A stretch of DNA of 64,000 bases from Nitrospirales bacterium (lineage in GTDB: Bacteria > Nitrospirota > Nitrospiria > Nitrospirales > UBA8639). The translations under genes and the position numbers were made by a program. Shown one piece after another: positions 40,801 to 51,100 of the stretch (position 1 is the first letter of the stretch; each line of letters opens with the position of its first letter). The notes under the pieces are model-generated. The model saw nothing but the letters and a program-made list of their open reading frames with translations, was not told the origin of the DNA and did no database searches. The DNA lies in contig CBDBCZ010000011.1 of NCBI GenBank assembly GCA_965203295.1, positions 64,001 through 128,000 of the forward strand, written 5' to 3'.

Positions 40801-43800
40801 GCGCCAGGTGCTCGGGGAGCAGCCTGGGTCTGGCCAGTTCTTACCCCTTGTTGGGGTGCAGGAGTGTTCAGGAGGCTGTCCACGGTGAAGTTTGATATTT
40901 ACAACGGGTAATAAATGACGGGTTCCGGCTATTTCGATGCCACGACAGCGACGAACTTGAACGGCAACAAGTCTACCAACGAAAGGCTTTGCTCGTTTGT
41001 ACAGTCCGTTCTAGGGTTACTGTGGCCTAACAACAAGAGAAACCACAGATTTTATAACGTTTATTGCTAGCAAACTAGTGCTAATTAGAGCGAGCCTAAA
41101 ACGCACCTTTCTCTCTTCGAGCAAAATTAAGGCCGCCAATTGGAGCAAAAGCGCGCGAGATCAGCGAGCATGCGCAGTATTTATCAAGGTTCATTTTCTC
41201 TCTCTTTCGAGTAATTTCCTTCGAAATTTGCTGAATTAATTAGGAAATAGGCCAAAATATGCTGTCATGTATGAGCCTGCATGACATAGAATTGTACTGG
41301 GTATAGCTTCATTTCAAAGTCCACACACTATAGCTGACCTCAAAGTCCACACACTATAGCTGACCTAGGCTCTTCTAAGTGATATCCAGAGTCACATTGT
41401 TCAGTGAGTCTCCAGAGTTAATTCAGCAAGGACCTGAGCCACTGTTTTGCTGTCCGACTGACATTTGAAGGGATTTTGAACCACTCATGAGCAGCATGAC
41501 CAAAGATTTAGGCATACATGAGGTAATTCTTCATTACATGAGTTTGATGTAGGTTTGTTCAGGTAAGGTCTAGATCTGGAGCTAGGTGGGAGGTTGCAGT
41601 TTTTATGTCTTTTGGCTTTTGGCCAATCAAAGTTAGAAGAAATATGAAACTTTTTCTCTTGCTTGCTTACGTATGCCATTATGGCCACAAAGTACTGCTC
41701 CACACATATAGTCCAGTCATCACCTCGTTGCTGCTCAACTGCTCAACCTGTCCAACCTTGGACCCCATCCCTGTTGCCAAGTGCAATCATACAGAGGACA
41801 ATGACTGGCTGATCAACAGAAGCAAACAACATCAACAATTTCAGATCTGACATGATCATTTTATCAGTTCGTAGAGTTCATACAAAGTGTACTTTTTAAG
41901 TGGTTTGTATCAACTCAATTGCTAAATGGTAATTTGATTGATAATGCTAAGCTATGAGTGTAATACTGCTCTGGCCACATGGTGGTCATACCTAAGAAAC
42001 AATTCCACCTGTTGTTGTTGAACACTTTATAGCCGGTTTAGTAACATATAGATATAGAGCCTGTGCTACTCCATTGATGTTTTAGCGCCTTGTTGCTGAT
42101 GAAAACGTTCGGGAATAACTGGTAAGGTTCATGAAGGCTAATGAATACTTCTACAGCAGAGTTTTAAATGTATAATTTTGTACACATTGCATGCAGTGAC
42201 CAATTTTTCCATGCCATCCTATACTGTACTCTACAATATACGCCCCTTTTTCAGTCAATACTTGGCGGCGTACTGTATATGTCCCCTTTTCAGCTTTATC
42301 TTTACACTTGGCATAACTTTTTCCCTTTATGCAGTGTTGAATGTGACAATGAGGTAAACCAAATATTGTGCACATATTTTGACCAACTTCAGCCTGCAAT
42401 AATCAGGGTGAGAGTTAGTATGACGGTAACAAAAATTGCTCAAAATTGTATCTCTGCTGGGTTACCTTACATAATCTTTTAAGTTAGTACTGTATAATTC
42501 TTATTGCTTTTACTGAAGTCTTGTAACCAATATCTTTGTACTGTAGTTCTTCTTCAATCAATACTACCGTGATTATGTTGTTCACGGTCTGGAAGACTTC
42601 TCCAAGCGGTTGACTAAAGAAGAGAGACAAGCCAAAGAACAACAAGGCAAAGAACTGAAAGTTGTAAGTGTTCAGTATGCAGAAATATCTGAATCCATGT
42701 GTCGATGAGTCATTAACTGTAAACATGCAATACTCTCATGCATGAATAGTTTCTTTCCCAAGCTATTATTGAGGAGGAGTGGAGAGCCTGATACACACTG
42801 TTCATGCATTTGCAAAAAACGTATGTCAATGCGCCTGTAAACAACCTTAGTCATGTGGCAAGCAGTAGTGCGGAGGCAGTATCATGGAGTGCGGCAGTAC
42901 TCCATATGTAGGGTGGCATGGGAAAAAAATGGCGGCCCCATATAACGCGTACAAAATCATACGTTCAGAACTCGGCTCTGATTACAGTGATAGACTTTTA
43001 TGAGCCATACCATGACATCAGAGTGTTTTCATCTGCAACAAGACTGTTAGTGGTGCTTCCTTGGAGTACCACACCGGCAAGTCGACACACTCGGGGGGCG
43101 GGGTGTAATCATACACTTCTTTCTGATTCTGATTCTGATTCTGATTCTGATTCTGATTCTGATTCTGATTCTTTCTTCAGGCAAGCTAGCACGATAATGG
43201 CTGAAGCGATCACAATGATTTAAGTGCGAACAGGCTGGATATTCTCTGGAGTATTGCACCCGCAGCATAGCTTTTCCAAAGAAATTTAATAGGTTCAGCA
43301 GTGATTCACGAGTACTCTCGAGTGGACGCTTGCCGTTCTACGCCATTTAATGGTACTGTTCCATTCCGTTCCGTTTCGTTCCATTCTGTTCCGACTTCGC
43401 ACATTCGTCTATTTAACGCCTACCTTTGATTGTGCCGGCTGTACTGTCCAGTCCTAAGCTGCATCTCCTGGTTCATCAGTACGTAAGTCACACAAACTTT
43501 TAGCTACAATATACACTTACTCGCATGGCTGATTATAAGGTTATGTTGGTTTTCTTTCACAAATTATTAGGCATACTGCATGCAAAGTACCACCCCCCAT
43601 GCACATGCAGGCAAAAGCCTTCCTGATGCTGACTGGAGTACAAATTGAAACCATAGATAATCGAGCACGTAACGTTATGTGCTCTATTATCTGTCGAAAC
43701 CTATACTACACGCAACATCCTCAAACACGTTCCATTCCAACACCATCCACCACACACATTTTCACCTACACATTTGTTACCACCTCCAAAAAAATGCCCC

Positions 43801-46800
43801 AAAACAAGTTACAGAAAAGCACTTTGCCAAAAAGTGCAAAAACAAGTCATGTAGAGATGCACTTCCACCAAAAACTCTTCCCCAAAAACCAATGAAACAA
43901 GCAACAATGCACACTGCAATGCATGTGCAGACTACCCACACATCATATCACAATGCATTTACCGTGTAGCTACCATCCCTACATCTTTCCAACCACACCC
44001 ACTACAATCCGTACCACACCCCCATACTCAACTGCACACCCAATTCAACACACACAACCATCCACAATCATCAATCACGCCACCTCGCCTCCATCCAACA
44101 ACCACCCTTACATCCTTATCCACAATCATTTCCTCACAAAACACAACACCTGGCCCAAACTACAAACCTTCACAGGAACACTATACTCCCATCAAAATGC
44201 ACTTCGTTCCACAATTCCCACATTCATAAGCACAAACCAAGCAGAGCAATTCCTCACAACACCACACTGCCACTAACATGCACAACAAACAACCCACATC
44301 AACCATTACACAACACACTCAACGAAGTTGACAACACAAGACTACACTTTACCAAACACACCCACATAAACCTCCCTACCAAGAAGCTGCACACACAAGC
44401 ATCTCACAACATTCACAAAACTTCATATTACTCATCCATGCATAACCAAAATACTACCGAAGTCCCTATGCAAACTCCATATATATGACTCCACCATCAA
44501 TGAGTCACTAGTCCAACATGTATACATGCACAATCAACACTTTCAGCTACCTTCCACAACCTCCAATGTACGCATCTCACATATACATGTACACGATTGT
44601 GGTTGGTGTGGTTGGATAGATGTAGGGATGGTAGCTACGCAGTAAATGCATTGCAATGTGATGTGTGGGTAGTCTGCACATGCATTGCAGTGTGCATTGT
44701 TGCTTGTTTCATTGGTTTTTGGGGAAGAGTTTTTGGTGGAAGTGCATCCCTACATGACTTGTTTTGCACTTTTTGGCAAAGTATATACAGTTATAGTAAG
44801 AAGAACTATTATGTCTTAGTGCCTCTCTTTCAAGGCCTTTTAAGAAATGAAGAATTGAGCTAGCAATCACTTTCTAGGCATCTACATGGCTTTGAGGCTC
44901 TTGTATTTCACAACCTTCTTTAACTTCACTATGCAATGAACGCCATAGTACTCACAAGGTTCTAAATTTCCAGGGAACTAAACATGCGCAAACAGTGTGT
45001 ACCAGGGTCTTTCCTCCTCCATAAGAGCCTGGGCATAAGGCTGATGCATTAATTGTCAAGTACAGTGAAACCATCAGAGACAGTCCTAGCAAGCATTTGT
45101 CAACAAATGGCTATGTACATATTATACATTCATGAATGCAAATGTGGCATGGATGATGTCACCATGTAGCTATCAGCAAGTAATCTGATGCATAATTTTG
45201 CTACGGATTGATGAAGTGGTGTTTTTGCATGAAGATGAGTTGATATCGTTTGTCAAATCTATCTCACAAATATATAATAGACGGGAGCTGTTCTAAAAGA
45301 GATGCAAGTCGATGTTGATCGTTTGAAAAGCTGGTGTGAAAACCTGATGAATTTCATGAAAATTCTTCGTCAACAAGCTGGTGTTTATTCCCAGGAGTAC
45401 TTTCAGGTTTGCTGCATTATACGTAAATTATATCCTGAATTGTGTTTGCCCAATAATTGGGACACGTTCATTACAGCAAACCTGTAATATGTAAACAAAC
45501 CCATCATTATTTCATGGGAGTTATTGTACTAGAGGGGCCGCATTATTTAAACTTCACGAGTGGTGTAGCTCTCTAGTATTATAACAACTCCATGAAGACA
45601 ACCACTTATTGAAGCAAGTAATTAACACTGTAGACCCAATACCCCATATCCACACACCACAATCCATTTCCGCCAAGGGGAGGTCACTCCCTTAGACTGT
45701 AGTCACAACTGCAACTGCTGTCGGTCAATGGTCAACGCTCAAAAGGGTGTGGTTAAAGTGTGCTCAGCAATGGCAGGACACAGTCTATGGTGTAGAATGG
45801 ACATTGCAGGCTTTTAGGAAACTCCCTCATACAACCGATGGTCAAAATTGCACAGTAGTCGAAGGTCAACAGTTAAAAAATCAGCGTGGTCAACAGTCAA
45901 ACCACTATAAAGAGCTGGTCAAAACTTTGATCCACGGTCGCAGTTGTGACTACAGAGTCTATGGGAGCGACCCCCCCCCCCCTTTTCTCAGCAGCAGTAT
46001 ATATTTACAGCTGTTCACAATGCAGACAGCTGATTAAAACATACATTTGACCAACAGCAAAGTTTATGAATAAAAAGTGGAGTAGGTAACTGATGATTGG
46101 CTACCAAGTATATTCGGACGTGCTAGTGTAGAGCATGGATTTTTGATTGACCCTTTGCTCTTCAAAATGAAAGTGCAAAGGGCAGCACAGTGGTACAAAT
46201 CTGAAGTTTATGTGGGTCCATAACATGTGATGAGCAAACAGTTATGAGGATAGTCTTCTCCAAACTACTTGTGGTTGAGGAGGAAGTATTTATAACTGTT
46301 GTAAGGCAGAAAATGTGGTAAGTGTTGACTCAAGATCTCACATGGGAGGAGGTGTCTGCTGTTGTTAGGAAATTGAAGAATGGCATCGGGGTGAGACAAC
46401 CTTGTGGCTGAGGAGTATGACTTTCTTATTTTAAGTCTGCTGGAAGTTTGGTGTGGTCCCCAAGAGTTATAGGGAATTTCCCTACTATCTGTTACATTTT
46501 TTGCACTATCTTGTCCAGCTTGAATTGATTAGGTGAGTTTATAAGGCTCAGAATGGGTTTTGGAAGGATAGATCCTGCCTGAAACACATATTTGTTATAT
46601 CCAGTCTGGTAGACACCTGTAAGTGAATTGGGTGAACACTTTGTCAAAAAAGTATCATATGTTTTGCCACAAATCTATTGCAGAATGTGAAACTCAGGAA
46701 AGCTTTATTATGAGTTTACTGAGTCTAAAGGCGGTGTCAGCTTTTATTACATTGTAATGTAATGTCTCAAAAACTAGTATTATTATGTTGCCTGGTTTTC

Positions 46801-47025
46801 AAGATAGAGAGAAATAAAGGTGTTCCCCTAAAAATTATTATACTGAGCTTTTAGCGAATGAAAATCTGCTCTACATATCTCGTCACGTAGTCTATAATAT
46901 CCATGGTCTTTATCACTGTATTTTGTTATTTTGTATTTCAGTGCACGTGCTGCCTACCAGATGATGTTTTGCCAGAATCCCCTGCTTCAGCAGACCCTAC
47001 GACAAAACAGGCAAATATGCATTAG
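16884..47025 (+). CDS. Dynamin-like GTPase gene 1 (Dynamin_N, BDLP/mitofusin-type, ~841 aa, 20 coding exons)
   Basis: Phase-consistent GT-AG exons: 16884-17076, 20167-20243, 22901-23076, 23635-23737, 23801-23938, 25584-25818, 26237-26618, 26724-26854, 29102-29244, 30428-30527, 30589-30732, 30801-30909, 32188-32241, 32595-32666, 34570-34599, 35092-35130, 42335-42407, 42547-42663, 45281-45406, 46942-47025 (sum 2526 nt). G1 is VFGQFNSGKSTLLNA, G2 LPESEQSET, G3 LVDNPG and G4 VTRLD, followed by a long helical stalk. Confidence 0.8.
17397..17667. mobile_element. MITE with 31-bp perfect TIRs
   Basis: ccttggttacatacataacctcaagttacgc / gcgtaacttgaggttatgtatgtaaccaagg. Confidence 0.65.
18784..19323. 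mobile_element. Tc2/pogo-like MITE (CCGTA ends, TA flanks)
   Basis: ta-ccgtatagcgcttaaatttggcgggtc ... gacccgcgaaatttaagcgctataccg-ta. Confidence 0.7.
25938..26122 (+). repeat. ~185-bp dispersed hairpin-containing repeat, four copies in introns of gene 1
   Basis: Copies at ~18360-18540 (-), ~21707-21890 (+), 25938-26122 (+) and ~27665-27840 (-). The stem is agttaaaggtcagtttgggtgagg / cctcacccaaactgacc(c/t)ttaact around gaggcgaagccgagg. Confidence 0.8.
26883..27448. mobile_element. Tc2/pogo-like MITE
   Basis: ta-tcgtaaaatctgataaataaccg ... cggttatttatcagagtttacgg-ta, with repeated taaccgccc motifs. Confidence 0.65.
27480..27950. repeat. ~19-bp minisatellite (agaatccattctatagca[ct]) interrupted by a hairpin repeat
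   Basis: Degenerate units lie on both sides of the 27665-27840 insertion. Confidence 0.7.
31391..31998. mobile_element. hAT-like MITE (CAGGGGCGCCGGAA TIR)
   Basis: caggggcgccggaa ... ttccggcgcccctg, flanked by tagag on both sides. Only 5 bp match, whereas hAT normally gives 8. Confidence 0.6.
31436..31469. mobile_element. 34-bp Academ-type mini element nested in the hAT-like MITE
   Basis: tagcctcgttcccagacctatgggaatgaggcta with the duplication acaaacac (31428-31435, 31470-31477). Confidence 0.75.
32847..33359. mobile_element. TGTCA...TGACA MITE with GGTCC/GGACC subterminal repeats
   Basis: tgtcattaaagtttttgtcc ... ggaccaaaattccagtgaca. Confidence 0.55.
34282..35260 (+). repeat. Diverged tandem duplication containing a micro-exon in each copy
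   Basis: ~34282-34782 aligns by eye with ~34851-35260 (for example ggtagctatgtgtgtg...aaaactgtctaaa and ggatgaggctgaaaggtttg). Confidence 0.85.
35387..36960 (-). mobile_element. Decayed Penelope-like element RT
   Basis: MVSFDVKSLFTN, GAAMGSPVSPGVANICME, HYVDDIF and IPFLDT, with several frameshifts. Confidence 0.8.
38201..39328 (-). CDS. Tyrosine recombinase of the DIRS element
   Basis: Catalytic residues appear in SDRASD, KT, HSTRAAS, ADW and FQRFYY. The frame is open but the true start is uncertain. Confidence 0.9.
   Translation of the reverse strand: MVPPFVVNAEQRSGDPAILPGPTTESSAGTTPPDPEPSPCSSRVAHIRNTLSNQGISQESADIICKSWRKGTAKSYDSAWRRWVSWCDQRSVDPFSASLADIVQFLTDLHVEGKEYSTVNTYRSAISMSHVSVGGVVVGKHPTVCRLMQGIFNSRPPKPKYKSVWDVDVVVTYIRSMEPSEQLSIEDLSWKLVALMALTNSDRASDLHALDLKYRRYSAEGMTFEIPGLTKTRRSGPPRQAFYSSFAEKKVCPVDTLRHYERKTAGFRSDGDEKIPLFISFYKPYKPVRPATISRWIKNMLAKAGVDANFKAHSTRAASTSAAKNRGVATKDILCAADWSRESTFQRFYYKPVQHAFGKAILQAASAGENLLLGL
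39010..40883 (-). pseudogene. DIRS gag N-terminus fused by deletion to post-RT / RNase H / methyltransferase remnants
   Basis: The low-complexity gag start runs directly into MTLSLPMEKIDKI (post-RT segment), and no YxDD RT core is seen. There is a stop at 40092 and frameshifts downstream. Confidence 0.8.
41320..41368. repeat. Short tandem duplication
   Basis: tcaaagtccacacactatagctgacc occurs twice in tandem. Confidence 0.8.
43122..43172. repeat. (TCTGAT)n microsatellite, ~8 units
   Basis: Directly visible. Confidence 0.95.
43821..44782. repeat. Fold-back structure: ~170-180 bp inverted repeats around a CA-rich spacer
   Basis: actttgccaaaaagtgcaaaa...ccatccctacatct (43821-~43985) is the reverse complement of agatgtagggatgg...ttttggcaaagt (~44618-44782). 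Confidence 0.85.
45691..45963. mobile_element. P-like MITE
   Basis: cttagactgtagtcacaactgc / gcagttgtgactacagagtctatg. Confidence 0.55.
46100..46730 (+). pseudogene. Highly decayed LINE RT fragment
   Basis: Remnants such as YREFP and QNGFWKDRSCLKHIFVI, with many stops. Confidence 0.45.
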
Positions 47026-47583
47026 CATGTTACAGTTTTTGTCATGTAATATGGCCTATGTTCATCACGGGCATACAAGTATGCCTGTGACATGAATTGT
47101 TATGTGATAGACAAAATAGTATACAAAATTGTGTACAGTTTACTTAGAATGTGATGTGTAGCAAGTGTCACCACGATGGCTGGTGTAAATACGATAGGTA
47201 AGAGTTGCAAATGTGAAAGAAATTGCCATGGAATTTGTTGACTGAAGGTTACTGTACATGCACTGTACAGGTGCATGCCGTTGCATATATCAGGTAATCA
47301 TTTTTGAACGTGTGATGATTAGGCAACACAATCAAGCAGTTTATTCAGATCAATTTCATCAATTGTTTACGGAATCAGAACTTTTTGTCAAAATCTTTAT
47401 CATTATCATTACAATTTGTCATTGCTGTTTGATTGTGCTGTCTACATGCACAGCTCAAGTATTAAGCTGCCTGATGTGTCATGGTCATGAATATTGGTAC
47501 CTTTGCTGTGTTAGATAATACATTACCTCACAATAGCTACAACAACCTAATAAATTCTCAACTCTATGGTGTTTTCCTTACAG

Positions 47584-47670
47584 AGTTCACAAGCAGAACT
47601 ACCTCATGTTGCTTCATCAGAATTCCCTGCTTCAGCAGTTCCTACAGCAAACAAGGCAAATATGCACTAA
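47584..47670 (+). CDS. Alternative (duplicated) last exon of dynamin-like gene 1
   Basis: Phase-0 exon after ttacag encoding SSQAELPHVASSEFPASAVPTANKANMH*, paralogous to 46942-47025. An AATAAA lies at ~48113. Confidence 0.65.
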   Translation, partial: SSQAELPHVASSEFPASAVPTANKANMH

Positions 47671-48187
47671 GCATGTTACAAATTTGTCATGTATGTTTGA
47701 CTAGTGTAGTGTTCATTAGCTCTATACAAGCATACCTGTAACATGCATTGTAGTGATAGACATACTAGTAGACTATTCACTTAAATTAGCTGATATTTGA
47801 GACTCTCTAAGTTGCTATATGGAATGCTGCTGGGACGCAAGCTGATGTGCAGTGTCTTTTACATTTTCATCACTCACAATTGAGGTGTGTATGCTTACCA
47901 CACAGTGGAGACTGTGCATATGCCATGGGAAGTCGTTACTTCTGTCCCTCATTCTCAGCCTGATTTTTCTTATTTATGCTAGCACAAAAATCAATAATGT
48001 GAATTAACATTTGTGATTATCACTCTATTCCGTGCAACTCTACCATACACATGTACATCATTATTTGTTTAATTTTTCTGTAATCATCCTTCTATGACTG
48101 ATATGTACACTCAATAAAATAAAATTAATCACTGTAGTTTAATAGTTTTAAAAGTGTTTTAACAAGGATATTGTCTTGTATCTACAG

Positions 48188-51100
48188 AGGCAGAATGTCC
48201 AGGATGTCTCTGTTTATAGTCACTCTGATGCAATAATGGGAAGAGTAAGGATATATTGGGCTTTTGAGAGAAAAGAAAGAAAACAAACTGGTGAGATAAT
48301 ATTGTTTGTTCTATTTAAATAACTGTAATTGTATTGGTTCTTTGTCGTAAATATGCATACATAGCTAAGTGCATGTAGCGTGAGTAATCAATATTCAAAT
48401 TCAAGTAAAATTGTCATGCAATAGCACCAAATTAGTGATAAGTTGGTAAACGTTACTTGATAATACAGAAAATCACTCCCATCAGTCTGGTATAAAACTA
48501 AACCGCTGGCAGATATGGAACTTCAACCAGGAAGTACCCATGCTCATTAATTCATGGTTGGCCGCATGAGCAATATTGCTGACATAATCATTTAAACTAT
48601 AGCCTCGAGTAGGTCAGAAGATTCATTACTGTGATTCCCAGATGTAGGTACGGAAGTACTACCTATAACTGTCTATTGGTCAGCTAAGAATGGGCTGGCT
48701 AGTGTCGATACTAAGTCACCATCAAGGCAGAAATCCCTTAATGTGGCAGGATAGCTCATGAGAAATACTTTCAATAGTCACAATGCACTTAGAGCAACAG
48801 CTCATCACCTTACAGCTTGTTCTTGCAAGTTACAGCCATACAAAAGCACTCATGACGGCTGGATGGCTACACATGCATGCTAACTAAGAGTACTACAGGC
48901 TTGTACGCACCGAGATGCATGTGCTACACCCACACAGAAATGCTTAACTTTGAACTCAAATTTGGGGTCTGAAAATAGCTTCTACCCAGACCTTACCTCA
49001 CATCTTATTCACAACCGTGGAAAAAAGTGTCGGTAAGCCGCGCTTTTTCCATAGTTGTGGGAAAAGATGGAATTAAAACCTGGGTACGAGGCTAGGCTGA
49101 AAACATTTTTTTACCAGCCGGAGCACGCGCAGCGCGCGAAAGGCTGGTACTAAGATTGCTTTACGTTTTCTGCGTCTGTTTGTTTGTGTGTGCGTCTGCA
49201 CTTATCACGTGCGCAATATATTACGTCATACAATACTATGCAACTGCAGTGTATAGCAGCTTTTGGAGGTTTGCAGGCCAAGCTACAGCAAATGAAGGTA
49301 GTTTTGTGTTGCTTAGATGGCGAAAACGTAGTAGGTAGCCGTAAAGATCCTGGTTTCTTGGCATATAGCTACTAACTGGAGGTAGTCTCGCGGGCCAGAC
49401 TAACTTTTCGCCGCCTCCGTGGGAAAAGTAAGTCTGGCCATCCGCTTATTCCATTTTGGTGCAAGTGCGCCGGAATGCTGGCGCATTGTTCTTTTGCAAT
49501 TAAACGCGTGACGTCACGTACAATGAAATTCCGTTTCCGGAAGCGCGCTAGCTAGCTGCTGATTTCGCTGTTGACTGAGCGATTCGGGCTGGTTATCTCA
49601 AACTAGCCTCTTACCAGGCTTCGAAAAGAACGAGAGCAAGCCGTGTAAGACTGGTTTGTGTTCGCCTGTGACGTCACCAATTAGCATTCAAACTACGTGA
49701 TGTACAAATAATTGTAAATACCATGCACAAAAACGTGATAAGCGGACGACCAGACTATACTTTTCCCACGGCGAAAAGTTAGTCTGGCCCGCGAGACTAA
49801 ACTGGAGGTGCATGACGAAACTGCTGAGTCAGCACTTTCGCTGTACTGCTCTAGGAATATAGTATCTCTGGCTCTACAGCTGTGGTTTAGTAGCTTGGTC
49901 TATGCTGAGTTGTGTGTATTGTACGGGAAAGGCATCCAGCTGTTTTTTTAGACATGAAATGTCAGACTTGTTATTCCCCAGATTACAGGGAACATGATTG
50001 TTTGCATTCTATACCACTTGCATGAAGTAATTCACATGAAGGAACAAGTGGTATTAGGTGTCAAGGTTCTCATAGACTTTCCACCAATTTGATCATAAAA
50101 TGGAAGGCTGGAAAAGGGGAGTAGGCAAGATCTGCCATTAGAAGAGCTGTGGAAAACATCTTTTGGGAAAAACAGTCATTTTCGCTCAGAAATTCTCCTA
50201 GTTGCCTTACAAGTATTTCTCATGTTTAACCTCTGGATCTGAATTGACATTGTAATCACTTCAGCCCTCTTAAGAAAGAAAAACAAAAGGAGATAGCTAG
50301 CCGATTTGTCCAATGTGACACTGCAGCAGTGGTCTGTAGTAAGGCTAAAAGTCTTTTTACTGCACTGGGAGTACCTGGTAGAGTTCATAAAGTCCTCTGA
50401 CTACAGATGAAGCAGAGTTCTGAACGTATGATTTTAATTGTACATGTTAATTGCATGCCTCCCCCCCCCCCACACACACACCCGTGTGATCTCTGTATAC
50501 ATGCAAGTAGTTCTTGATATGTGACTACTAGTATGTATGTGTGAGCTCAAAGAAACAGAAGTGTATTGTTGATGCATTATGTATTGTGAGCGTGAAGAAA
50601 CCGTAGGTAAATATGACCGGCAATAACAAGCTTGGGGGGTCAACCGTGAGGTATTTAAAGTTAAAGTGAGAAGCGAAGAAACACTACAAAAAGGTGTTGT
50701 TTTGCAGTCCCAGCAGATAATACCACTGTCTGTGATATTTTAGCCAATTGGAGCGACCTCAACAAGTCGTAGAAGTTTGCCAAAACACCAACCCGACCGG
50801 ATTTTTTTTGTACCATGGTGCCCTGTTCAAGCATTGTCCCTACCATGCACTTCAGCCAACCATCTTTTCACCATCATCCATTTTTTCATCCTCTCACTCA
50901 ACCTCTGTGCACACTCCAAAAAATTACATTTGTGTCTACTAAGGGTGCGTCTGTTGTTGATTATACTCTTATCCCAGCTGTGAACTTTGACAGATTCTAG
51001 TATACATTATTATAACTGACACAATCATCAACCTCAGGGAATCCTTAGACAGGATGATATCTGATCAAAGTGGGCATACAAGTTGAAACCAGTTTTAGCC

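Larger units (their letters stand above)
37602..41296 (-). mobile_element. DIRS1-like tyrosine-recombinase retrotransposon, internally deleted
   Basis: ITRs at ~37668-37810 / ~41130-41270. The internal complementary region 38088-38191 is complementary to both outer ends. It carries a gag remnant, RNase H (ESDASKKGWG, HIN), an adenine methyltransferase (IDLFAS, YAFPP) and a YR ORF. Confidence 0.93.
36961..41850 (-). mobile_element. Decayed Gypsy-like gag/protease relic, split by the DIRS insertion
   Basis: Minus-strand remnants include KADLTLTKAY (37560-37600), TYTGEPI and ..DTLKLGA, and an N-terminal MEQYFVA-like segment (41485-41703). All are heavily degraded. Confidence 0.45.

Noticed and set aside
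43047..43268. ORFs with RIRIRI / SDSDSD runs
   Set aside because: They are translations of the (TCTGAT)n microsatellite.
43599..44276. His/Thr/Pro-rich ORFs
   Set aside because: They are a by-product of the G-poor composition, with no coding or splice support.
45061..45240. Possible extra exons of gene 1
   Set aside because: The frames contain stops or lack support, and 42663 joins 45281 in phase without them.
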